35,258 nucleotides of DNA from a virus (Duplodnaviria; Caudoviricetes). The stretch covers positions 1-35,258 of the IMG/VR virus record IMGVR_UViG_3300027571_000036; one strand, given 5' to 3'. The position numbers and the translations under genes are program-made. The first letter of the stretch is position 1. Each line of letters opens with the position of its first letter. The notes below the pieces were generated by a model that saw nothing but the letters and a program-made list of their open reading frames with translations, searched no databases and had not been told where the DNA came from. Positions 19,226-28,063 of this stretch are shown piece after piece.

Positions 19226-20719
19226 ATGCAAAAGTTAAAATCATTTGATCAATTTGCTACTGAAGTAAAGATTTCTCAAACTAGACACTTAGAAGAAGAA
19301 AAGATCACAAAAAGAACTAATGAAGCAGAGGCTTTCAAAGCGTTGTTATCTGAATTTAAAGTAACTTCAATCAAAGAGTTGACAGAAGAACAAAGATCAG
19401 AATTTTTTAATAGACTAAGAGGTGCTGAAATTAATGAAGCACTTACACTTATCGAAGAAGGCACAAGAGGCCAATTTGGTAAAATTGACAAGAAAGGTAA
19501 TATCACTTCAGTTTATACACATTACGATTCTTATCCAGAAAACATGTTACCTATTATTAAGAAATCTTTTAAAAACGCAAAAGCAGTTGATGCTGTTATC
19601 GCAAAGGGTGATAATTCTGGTCTAGAAGATAATATTGATAAGATGAATTTTTATGGAGATGGTGGCAAACCATCTACAGGTAATATATCAAACATTTCAA
19701 AATATTTAAGAAATGTAGCTGATGGCGGAGGTGCTGAATTTGTTTATCTTTGGGACGAAGCTAACAAAGAATGGTTAATGGCAGATATTTACGGTAACGG
19801 TTACGATGAATTGGTACCCGCGTTTGAATCTGTTTCAGTTTCTGTAAATGAAGCTATTGCAGTACAATTTAAAAGAGATGCTAAGAAAGTTGTTACAGTT
19901 TACAATAACTTGTTTGCAAAAAAACTAACTGACTTGGGTGCAATGTCAAATGAATCAGTATTGGGATGTATTAAGTACTTATTTGAAAATGCAATGGAAG
20001 ATGCTAACTTCTCTAGAGAAGGATTTGTAATCTCTAAAAATATTAAAGGTTCTATTAGTACTTTTGAAGTTAAAATGCCAGGTTTAGGTAATCACTTTAT
20101 TAAGATCGGTGCAACTACAGTTAAGAGAGTTTTAGACAAATACTATTCTGATATTGCTAACGCATCTGGATGGTCGGGTATTGGTATCGTTGAAGGTACT
20201 GCATTATACTTAGAGCAAATCAAACAAGAAGCAATGGGTCAATCTTTATTAAATGCATTTAATGGATTCTATAACGAAAGTCTTGTTATTGAAAACACTG
20301 ATATTTTATGTGAAGCAACTGTTGAGATGGATGCAATGAATCCGGACGATAAAGACTTCTTAAAATTCTTAAAGAAGAATAAAGTTGAAATTATTGATAA
20401 GAAAATGGATGGACCAGGCGGTGGTACTCCAGTTATTACAATGCAAGGTAAAAGAAAAGATCTTGAAGCTGTTTTAGCTGATGAAGAATTAGGATGGGCT
20501 GATCCAGATCTAGCTGAATACATTGAAGAATCTAAAGTAAACGAAGCTGAAGTTAACTCTGATGAAGAATTTAACGAATATGCAATTACAGTTTTACAAA
20601 AAGCATTCGGTGATAAATTTGATGAGGCTAAAGCAAAACAGGTTATCGACGGTATCTTAGCTAAAGCTAAAGGTGATTATGGCATAGCAGTTGGTATGTT
20701 AACCAGCTCATTAGGCTAA
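19226..20719 (+). CDS. Putative internal head polyprotein (multi-domain)
   Basis: MQKLKSFDQFATE leader; segments bounded by INE/IEE/VNE/LCE; contains a GTRG...SVYTHYDSYP...EFVYLW domain. Confidence 0.55.
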   Translation: MQKLKSFDQFATEVKISQTRHLEEEKITKRTNEAEAFKALLSEFKVTSIKELTEEQRSEFFNRLRGAEINEALTLIEEGTRGQFGKIDKKGNITSVYTHYDSYPENMLPIIKKSFKNAKAVDAVIAKGDNSGLEDNIDKMNFYGDGGKPSTGNISNISKYLRNVADGGGAEFVYLWDEANKEWLMADIYGNGYDELVPAFESVSVSVNEAIAVQFKRDAKKVVTVYNNLFAKKLTDLGAMSNESVLGCIKYLFENAMEDANFSREGFVISKNIKGSISTFEVKMPGLGNHFIKIGATTVKRVLDKYYSDIANASGWSGIGIVEGTALYLEQIKQEAMGQSLLNAFNGFYNESLVIENTDILCEATVEMDAMNPDDKDFLKFLKKNKVEIIDKKMDGPGGGTPVITMQGKRKDLEAVLADEELGWADPDLAEYIEESKVNEAEVNSDEEFNEYAITVLQKAFGDKFDEAKAKQVIDGILAKAKGDYGIAVGMLTSSLG

Positions 20720-20743
20720 TAATTAAATTACAATATATACAAT

Positions 20744-22030
20744 ATGAAGATTTACCATAATTTTGAACAGTTTGTAACTGAGAAATTACATTCAAATATA
20801 AAAGAAGCTTTAATTTTAGAAGGTGGGGCAGCCGGACACATGGCACACCCGTTTGATGATAAGTCATTAACATTTGCAGACTTTAAAGCTCTTATAGAGG
20901 CTGGTTTAAGTGGTGAACTTAATTTTGAAGAAAACGCGACTGAAAAAACAGATGGACAAAATGTATTTGCAACTATCCAAGATGGTGAAGTTAAATTTGC
21001 TCGTAATAAGGGTGAGCTTATAACACCAATGGATCTTCAAACATTTAAGCAAAAATTTGACGGACATGCATCGGCCATGGTCGAGGAAACGTTTAAGTTT
21101 GCAGCAGAAGATTTAGCCAATGCGTTAATCAAATTACCAACTAAGGTTCAAGAAGAAACATTTGAAAATGGACTCAATTGGATGAATATGGAATTAATCT
21201 ATTCTAAAAATCCAAACGTAATCTATTATGATAGAGATATCATTCAATTTCATGGTATAAAAAAGACAGATGGTAATGGTAATATAATTGGTGAAGATAA
21301 TAAACCTGCATCAGTAATAGCAAAAGCATTAGAGTCTGTTAAAGCAAATGTCGGTAAAACATTTACCATAATCCCACCTCAAATAATTAAATTAGGCAAG
21401 GACCTTAATTTTGAAGAAAATAAAAATAAATTCATTAAGCAAGTTGAAGCGCTTCGAGACAGATATAATTTGACAGATGCTGATGAAGTTAGTCGCTATC
21501 ATGAAATGTGGTGGAGAGAAACTATAGATTCAAATTTTCCGGATTTAACACAAGATCACAAAGAAGGTTTGTTATTAAGATGGGCATATGGTGATAAAAA
21601 GACTCTAAATTTAAGATCATTAGATAAAGAGTTAGGAAAAGATAAAGCAGCTATTATTAAGAAGTTCGATAAAGAAGACGTTGCTAAAAAATACAAAGAG
21701 AATATTAGACCGTTTGAAGATTTATTCTTAGAACTAGGTTCTATTATTCTAAAAAACGCTAGTAATTTTGTTGCTGCCTCACCAGATGCTGAAATGCAAA
21801 GATTGCATAATCAAATTAGAACTGAAGCTGATAAAATTAAAAAAGGGGGATCAATCGACCAAATACAAAAAGTTGAAGCTGAATTAGCTAGATTAGAAAG
21901 AATAGGTGGAATTGATTCAATTATGCCAACTGAAGGAATTGTCTTTGTTTATAAAGGTAAGACGTTTAAGTTAACAGGAACATTCGCTGCAATCAACCAG
22001 CTTATGGGTATTATTAAGTACGGAAGATAA
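20744..22030 (+). CDS. ATP-dependent ligase-fold (RNA ligase-like) nucleotidyltransferase with capsid-targeting-like leader
   Basis: Motif I EKTDGQN, FARNK, III NMELIY, IIIa IQFHG, IV EGIVF, V FKLTG; leader MKIYHNFEQFVTE...ILE. Confidence 0.65.
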   Translation: MKIYHNFEQFVTEKLHSNIKEALILEGGAAGHMAHPFDDKSLTFADFKALIEAGLSGELNFEENATEKTDGQNVFATIQDGEVKFARNKGELITPMDLQTFKQKFDGHASAMVEETFKFAAEDLANALIKLPTKVQEETFENGLNWMNMELIYSKNPNVIYYDRDIIQFHGIKKTDGNGNIIGEDNKPASVIAKALESVKANVGKTFTIIPPQIIKLGKDLNFEENKNKFIKQVEALRDRYNLTDADEVSRYHEMWWRETIDSNFPDLTQDHKEGLLLRWAYGDKKTLNLRSLDKELGKDKAAIIKKFDKEDVAKKYKENIRPFEDLFLELGSIILKNASNFVAASPDAEMQRLHNQIRTEADKIKKGGSIDQIQKVEAELARLERIGGIDSIMPTEGIVFVYKGKTFKLTGTFAAINQLMGIIKYGR

Positions 22031-22040
22031 ACAATACAAC

Positions 22041-23888
22041 ATGGCTTTACAAAACTTAAGAACATATTTTGAATCAACTAATACCAATGACTTTTTGGCT
22101 ATGTTGGACTTGACCTGCGTTGTATCTGAAAAGATCCAAGCATCTTCATTTCATGTCAAAAGAACCAATACAGGCTTTAACTATTATAAAAGCGGTTCTA
22201 AATATCAGATGGATAGAGTAGATAGGACCATGGTTAAATACTATGAAAATGGTATTAAATATTTTTCAACAATATTAAAGGAAGTTACTGAAGAGATGCC
22301 ATTAGATTGGAAATTCGGTTTCGATTATATGTTGGATAATAAAACAGTAAGCATTGAATATGATGCACTACCCAAAAACCACTTAATCCTAACTCATATA
22401 CAAGTATTAAACCCAAACGATCCTACTCAAATTAAAAAAGTAATTAGAGATCCACAGGTTCTAAACAAATGGGCAGACAAATTAGGCGTTCAGAGACCGC
22501 CAATTGTATTTGAAGGTAAACTACAGTCTAATCAAAAGGACGACCTCATCGCGCTTCTAAATATGTCTGATCAAGACTTTACAACTAAGTTCGAATCACA
22601 GTCATTTACAAGAACAATATACAACATATTTAATAACGGTCTTAACACTCCGGCATTAAACTTTTCACTAGATAAAGATATTGATGGATTAATAATCAAT
22701 TTCTATGAAGGTAGAAATATCAAGAGTTTTAAGTTAGAGAGATTTGATAGAAAACCACAAGAGGAAAGAAGCCCATCTGACATGTATCAGATTTCAATTT
22801 TAGATCTAGTAGAATTTATTACTAACTATGACCTATCGGCTATTGAAATACTAGAAGAAGAGTCAGATCTTAGATATATTGAATTAATCTCAAATATATT
22901 TAACGCATATATTGAAAAAAATGCCTCTAAATATGTTGGAGCTAATTTTGATTCAGCGGATTTCTCAGACAACAAAGGATTTGATCTTAATCGTGCATTT
23001 ATTAAAGATGAAAAAACAATATCATTAATTCAAAATAAAGTTTTAGCTGAGTTATTTAAAATTGCGTTAGGTAGTTTTAGAAAGAAGAGAACCAGAGAAA
23101 CAGACATTATTAATACTGACTTGATGAACCAAATCAATGAAATAGTTGAAACTATAGAAGGCATTGTAATGGCAAAAACAAATGAAAATGACGTTATGAC
23201 ATTTAAAACATATTTAGTTAACCAAAAACTTCAACATGAAGTTAGTCCAGTTTTAGAAGGACTTACAGTTAAATACCCAGAACAAGGCAAAACACCAGTC
23301 AATATGTTTGTTGGTAGATTCCAACCATTTACACTAGGCCATGCTAAGGTAGTTGAAACGATTAATAAACAGAATGGTTATCCAGTAGTTATCTTTTTAG
23401 TTAAATCAAAAACTAAGAAAAAAGAGGATGCATTCTCAAGACCTTATGATGAAGAAACACAACTTCAAATGCTAAACCAACTTAAAGGTAAATATCCTAT
23501 TGAGAAAGTTTACATTATTGGTGGGGGTGCAATTGATCTAATGTTCAATACAATGAGAGCTGATGGTTACGAACCAGTACTTTGGGGAACAGGTTCTGAT
23601 AGACTCAAAAGCTATTCATATCAGGTTGATAAGCCAGAATATAGAGAAGATCTAGGTTGTAGAACTGATTTTGGCCTTTTTGAAATTCCAAGAACTGGTA
23701 AAAATATTTCAGCAACTCAAGTTAGAAATGCAATGCTAGATGGTGATGAGAAGCTATTTAAGAAACTAACACCTAAAGAGATACACGATATGTATGGTGA
23801 ATTAAAGTCTAAATTAGAAGACAGTATGGGTGTTTTGGCAGAGTCAAAATCTGTTATGACTTTCGATCAATTTATTAAGAATATATAA
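22041..23888 (+). CDS. Fusion of degenerate ligase-fold domain and HIGH-superfamily (cytidylyltransferase/NMNAT-like) nucleotidyltransferase
   Basis: N-part SEKIQAS, PPIVFEGKL, IDGLII, FKL; C-part FVGRFQPFTLGH, GTGSDR, ISATQVRNA. Confidence 0.7.
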   Translation: MALQNLRTYFESTNTNDFLAMLDLTCVVSEKIQASSFHVKRTNTGFNYYKSGSKYQMDRVDRTMVKYYENGIKYFSTILKEVTEEMPLDWKFGFDYMLDNKTVSIEYDALPKNHLILTHIQVLNPNDPTQIKKVIRDPQVLNKWADKLGVQRPPIVFEGKLQSNQKDDLIALLNMSDQDFTTKFESQSFTRTIYNIFNNGLNTPALNFSLDKDIDGLIINFYEGRNIKSFKLERFDRKPQEERSPSDMYQISILDLVEFITNYDLSAIEILEEESDLRYIELISNIFNAYIEKNASKYVGANFDSADFSDNKGFDLNRAFIKDEKTISLIQNKVLAELFKIALGSFRKKRTRETDIINTDLMNQINEIVETIEGIVMAKTNENDVMTFKTYLVNQKLQHEVSPVLEGLTVKYPEQGKTPVNMFVGRFQPFTLGHAKVVETINKQNGYPVVIFLVKSKTKKKEDAFSRPYDEETQLQMLNQLKGKYPIEKVYIIGGGAIDLMFNTMRADGYEPVLWGTGSDRLKSYSYQVDKPEYREDLGCRTDFGLFEIPRTGKNISATQVRNAMLDGDEKLFKKLTPKEIHDMYGELKSKLEDSMGVLAESKSVMTFDQFIKNI

Positions 23889-23907
23889 ATAAACACAATA
23901 TACCAAA

Positions 23908-24318
23908 ATGAAGAATATAAAAACATTTGAAAGTTTTACAGAAGCCAATAACATACCAGTAGATGAATCTATTCAATTTGGTTCTTATCACTATAATTCT
24001 AGAACTGAATTCGGTGAGCATAGCGACAATCTACCGGAAAAGGGTGAGACTAAATACTTAGTGTTTGCTCATAATTCTGCAGATTTTTATGGTCAAAGAA
24101 TTAGATTAGAAGCAGGATATACAATTGGTTCTGCTGGCTCAAAACAATATATTGGTATATTTGACGACGAGGCCGCTGCAACAGATGCATACAATACTGC
24201 TATGAAAAAACCAGACGGTGTATTAATATCATTCTCAATGGGAACTCTTTATGCAAAGTCTAAGTTTTCATTCCAGTATGAAGAAACAAACGGCTCTCTA
24301 GCAAAGATTAAGAAATAA
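23908..24318 (+). CDS. Small putative internal head protein
   Basis: MKNIKTFESFTE leader; preceded by AATATATAAAT late-like motif at 23880. Confidence 0.55.
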   Translation: MKNIKTFESFTEANNIPVDESIQFGSYHYNSRTEFGEHSDNLPEKGETKYLVFAHNSADFYGQRIRLEAGYTIGSAGSKQYIGIFDDEAAATDAYNTAMKKPDGVLISFSMGTLYAKSKFSFQYEETNGSLAKIKK

Positions 24319-24330
24319 TACATCAAAAAA

Positions 24331-26436
24331 ATGAGGATTAATAAAATAAATGAAGGTCAATTTTCATGGATGACACATGACACTGGTGATCAAATCGGTT
24401 CTGAAAGACAAAATAGAATCACAGTTTTCATGTATGATAATCAGGGTAATAAGTGGAAAGAATCTAAATATGATGGATATGGAGAATTCGGTGGTAAAGA
24501 TTACTACGAATTATTGGCCCAAATGAATGGCATTGAAAATCCAGATAGACAAGCAGGTATTGATCTAGCGTTTGATGATAAAAAAGTAAAAGCAGGCGGA
24601 GTTCTTTTCCCAGCTTTAGTTACTACCCCTAATTATAACTGGAAAAAACACAACTTCTCCCAAGAAGCTGAAAATGATCCAAACCAATCGTGGTATCAAG
24701 AAGAAGACGATTATAACGAGTCATTAGAAGAAAGACATATCACTATTAAAAGAAAATATACTGAAAATTATCCAGCTATTAAAGTTGGTAAAGCAGCTAG
24801 AATTAGAAATAAAGTTTTAGAAGCTATTAAAGATGGTAAACTTACTAAAGAAGAGTTTGATACTATTTTAAAAGAGATGACAGTTGATAGTACAAGGTGG
24901 ATTAGAAGAAACGCTAACTACTTTAATGTCAGTGAAGATGGCATCTCGCTTTCTAGAACAGGTAAGAGAATTCTAAATGAATTAACACCTGCTATAGATA
25001 TTAATGAAAAAGCAACTCCCTTTAAAATTGCAAACGCAAGAGCTGAAGAGATTTTTGGAGAATTTGGCGTTGCAACATTAGATTATAGCCAAATGGCAAG
25101 AGTAATCGATATTAAGTTAGCCGATAAACTAGCTAAAAAATACGGTGAAGATAGTTTTATGGCCTTGTCAGAATTAGACATGGAAGAACTTCTTAATAAG
25201 AATCCAAAATTAGTAAAAGAAAATAAAATAAATAATAACATGAAAACAAACTTTGTATTTGAAAGTTTTGGTGACTTTGTAAATTCACTAAACGAATCAA
25301 AAGAGGCTGCAGAAGCAGAATCAATTTTAAACGATCTTTTAGATGAAAGAGGTGGAGACTTTGATGAATTACGCGGCATGGAAATGGAAGATGCATTAGA
25401 CACAGTCGAGGCATACGGACATAAAGGTTCTAAGGCAAAAAAGATTGCGCAAGAATTATTTTCAATGTGCAACGAATCATTAATTACTGAGGCATTTAAG
25501 TCTAGTATGCTTGCTAGTTTATTTAGAACTAAAGGCGCTAAAATGGACGCTACTTTAGCTAAAGCGTTTTATGGTACATCTAAAATTAAAATGGATCTTG
25601 TCGAAGATGAGGATATTTTAGTAGTTAATCCAGAGACTGCTTATAAAAACAAACAAGCAGATTCAATTATCTTCTATGTGTCTGATGTGCCAAAAGAAAA
25701 TCCATATGCACCCAGCGATGCATGGTATGATCATAAAACAATTCCAGGTGAAGGTTACTTATTAGCAGTTGCTTCTGGTGAAAATGCATTTTACACTAAA
25801 TCTTGGGGTAAATATGATAGACAATATAAATTAACTAAAGGCAGCGAGTCTGACTCAATCGGTATTTCTAAGAAGTACAAAGGATGGGACGGTACTGGTC
25901 TTTACAACGTAAAGAGAATTGCTGAAATGGCAGATAGAGCAATTGTTCTTAACATGACACTTCTAAGACAAAAGTATTCTTCTGTAGAACAAAGAAATCA
26001 GAGAGACGCAGCTAAAAAAGGTGCTATAGCATTTAAGTCAGATAAAGACTTTAAGAAAGAGAATATGGACAGATACCACCAAATTTTAGCTGATAAAGCA
26101 GCTTCATTACCGTTGGATACTATCGTAAAAGAAGCTATTGAAAAACTAGCTAATCAAATCAAAGATGGTTTAGCTGCAGGTAAGGTAGGTAAATATAATG
26201 ATATTATTATCGGTACAAAAAAGAATGGTTCTGAAGCTAAAATGAGAGACGCTTCAAATCACATGTCAAACATCTTAGATGACTATACAAGATATGTTAG
26301 CTATATTAAGCAAGCTGAAGAGTCTAAAGAGAGATATGGTGAAACAGAATCTTACTACGAAAGAGAGTCTAAGAATTACGCTAAGGCAATTACTGACAGG
26401 GTTGCACAAATCGACAACTTTGACTACATTTGGTAA
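24331..26436 (+). CDS. Putative internal head polyprotein (multi-domain)
   Basis: Segments bounded by INE, LEE, INE, LNE, ITE; internal MKTNFVFESFGDFVNSLNE leader. Confidence 0.55.
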   Translation: MRINKINEGQFSWMTHDTGDQIGSERQNRITVFMYDNQGNKWKESKYDGYGEFGGKDYYELLAQMNGIENPDRQAGIDLAFDDKKVKAGGVLFPALVTTPNYNWKKHNFSQEAENDPNQSWYQEEDDYNESLEERHITIKRKYTENYPAIKVGKAARIRNKVLEAIKDGKLTKEEFDTILKEMTVDSTRWIRRNANYFNVSEDGISLSRTGKRILNELTPAIDINEKATPFKIANARAEEIFGEFGVATLDYSQMARVIDIKLADKLAKKYGEDSFMALSELDMEELLNKNPKLVKENKINNNMKTNFVFESFGDFVNSLNESKEAAEAESILNDLLDERGGDFDELRGMEMEDALDTVEAYGHKGSKAKKIAQELFSMCNESLITEAFKSSMLASLFRTKGAKMDATLAKAFYGTSKIKMDLVEDEDILVVNPETAYKNKQADSIIFYVSDVPKENPYAPSDAWYDHKTIPGEGYLLAVASGENAFYTKSWGKYDRQYKLTKGSESDSIGISKKYKGWDGTGLYNVKRIAEMADRAIVLNMTLLRQKYSSVEQRNQRDAAKKGAIAFKSDKDFKKENMDRYHQILADKAASLPLDTIVKEAIEKLANQIKDGLAAGKVGKYNDIIIGTKKNGSEAKMRDASNHMSNILDDYTRYVSYIKQAEESKERYGETESYYERESKNYAKAITDRVAQIDNFDYIW

Positions 26437-26450
26437 AAAATATATTAATT

Positions 26451-27440
26451 ATGCCAAGTACTAGCAAATCACAACAAAGACTAATGGGTATGGCTTACGC
26501 TTATAAAAAGGGTGAGTTAAAAGACTCTGATGCAAGCGCTGAAGTTAAAGAGTTGGCAGACTCTATGACACTTAAGCAACTTAAAGACTTTGCTAGCACT
26601 AAACATGATGGTTTACCAGAAGTAGCAGAAAATATCACACCAGCAGCAATGGCAGGTATGGGTCCAGTAGTTTTACCAAGTAATGGTACGGTTGGGTCTG
26701 GTGATGTTCCAGCAGGTTCTGGTGATGCCGAAGAAGAATATAAAAAGAAAAGAAAAAGAATGAAATATATCAAAACGTTCGAAGCATACTCACAGGATGA
26801 TATTAATATGTCATACGGTTTTTATGGTCAAATAGAAACTAGCTTTAATGAAAAGAAAGCTAAGACTCTTTTTGATCAAGGTGTAAAGGATCTTCAAAAG
26901 AAGTATAAACTAACCGAAACTGAGGCATTGGGTGTACTTAACTCAAAAATGGGTAGAAAGGCAGCTGATGAGATTTATAACAACAGTGCTAAAACTGCAG
27001 TTGAGGGCCTAGAAAGTTATTATGGTAGATCACTCCAAAAAACTATTGCTGAAGTACAAAGATCTCTAGTGGACGAATCAAATGAAATTATTGAAGAGGC
27101 AACAGATATCAATGATCCAGTTTTAATTGCAATGAGAGCAATGAAATCAACCATGGCAGCTAAAAAGGCCCAAGCAGCTCTAGACAAAAAGAAAAGAGTT
27201 TATGGTAAACAAAGAGATGCATTAGAAGATCAACTTTGGGATATTGCAAATGAACTTAAAGATTTAACTTCAGATAGATCTCAATTGTATGCAGACATGG
27301 AAGCCGAAGCTGGGCAAATGGGCGCAGAATGGTCTGATGACGATGCTAATAGATACGGCGGTGAACTAAACACAATCGAAGATCGTATTGATGCTTTAAA
27401 AACTAAAAGAAAACAAATAGAAGACAAATTATCTTACTAG
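26451..27440 (+). CDS. DUF3008-like N-terminal domain fused to further internal-protein segments
   Basis: MPSTSKSQQRLMGMA...MTLKQLKDFASTKHDGLPE matches my recollection of DUF3008; ATG 26451 is preferred over TTG 26430; internal MKYIKTFEAY. Confidence 0.6.
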   Translation: MPSTSKSQQRLMGMAYAYKKGELKDSDASAEVKELADSMTLKQLKDFASTKHDGLPEVAENITPAAMAGMGPVVLPSNGTVGSGDVPAGSGDAEEEYKKKRKRMKYIKTFEAYSQDDINMSYGFYGQIETSFNEKKAKTLFDQGVKDLQKKYKLTETEALGVLNSKMGRKAADEIYNNSAKTAVEGLESYYGRSLQKTIAEVQRSLVDESNEIIEEATDINDPVLIAMRAMKSTMAAKKAQAALDKKKRVYGKQRDALEDQLWDIANELKDLTSDRSQLYADMEAEAGQMGAEWSDDDANRYGGELNTIEDRIDALKTKRKQIEDKLSY

Positions 27441-27476
27441 ATCCAAGGTTGTTAATAACTTTTTTTAAAAATAATT

Positions 27477-27507
27477 GGCCAAACATTTTTTTGTTTGGCC
27501 TTTTTTT
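27477..27507 (+). terminator. Intrinsic terminator ending the internal-protein block
   Basis: Perfect 9-bp stem GGCCAAACA/TGTTTGGCC with T-rich loop, followed by T7. Confidence 0.75.
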
Positions 27508-27542
27508 GTTATATTAGTAGTATAATTAAAGGATAGACCGAG

Positions 27543-27704
27543 ATGGCAAAGAAGAAAAAAGATATTGATGGATACAACGAGAGGCATCTCGCTGCCATGA
27601 TACGCCGTAAAATGATTCAAAAGGACCACGGCGACGAATCTAAATATAATAGAAAGGACAAGTCTTGGAAAAAAGACATAAACACCAATAAAGACAATGA
27701 TTAA
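27543..27704 (+). CDS. Small basic hypothetical protein (53 aa, MAKKKKDIDG...KYNRKDKSWKK), absent from ORF track
   Basis: Open frame from ATG 27543 to TAA 27704 filling the gap after the terminator. Confidence 0.55.
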   Translation: MAKKKKDIDGYNERHLAAMIRRKMIQKDHGDESKYNRKDKSWKKDINTNKDND

Positions 27705-27712
27705 TAATAAAA

Positions 27713-27741
27713 CTAAACAAATTAAAAATACACCATATAAT
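27713..27741 (+). promoter_or_regulatory. CTAAAC-N17-TATAAT promoter-like motif heading the modification cluster
   Basis: Variant of the recurrent AAAC-N17-TATAAT motif, 14 nt before ATG 27756. Confidence 0.5.
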
Positions 27742-27755
27742 AATAAACACGTATT

Positions 27756-28058
27756 ATGAGCAAATCAAACATTTTAGAAGAAGCTAACAAAATTGTTAAC
27801 GAACGTTCAGAAGAAAAAGAACGTATGTATGGCCCTTTCGAAGAAGGTATGCGTAGGGCTGCAATGGTATTTAACGGCATGACAGGTAAAGATCTTAACG
27901 GATCAGACATGTACGCTGCACTAGTTGCACTTAAACTAAGCAGACATTCCTATTCATACAAACAAGACAATCTTTTAGATGCTGTGGCATATATCGGAGG
28001 TCTTGATAATTACATAGAAAAATACGGCCACGGAGAATCAGAAACACCTCTTAAATAA
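27756..28058 (+). CDS. DUF6378-like small helical protein (nucleotide-metabolism associated)
   Basis: ILEEANKIVN..R...YG......A..............ALKLSR......DNLLDAVAY pattern. Confidence 0.7.
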   Translation: MSKSNILEEANKIVNERSEEKERMYGPFEEGMRRAAMVFNGMTGKDLNGSDMYAALVALKLSRHSYSYKQDNLLDAVAYIGGLDNYIEKYGHGESETPLK

Positions 28059-28063
28059 TATAT

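Noticed and set aside
23259-23888. Definite NMNAT/NARP2 NAD pathway
   Set aside because: The motif is TLGH rather than HxGH and no Nampt gene is adjacent; substrate cannot be assigned from sequence.
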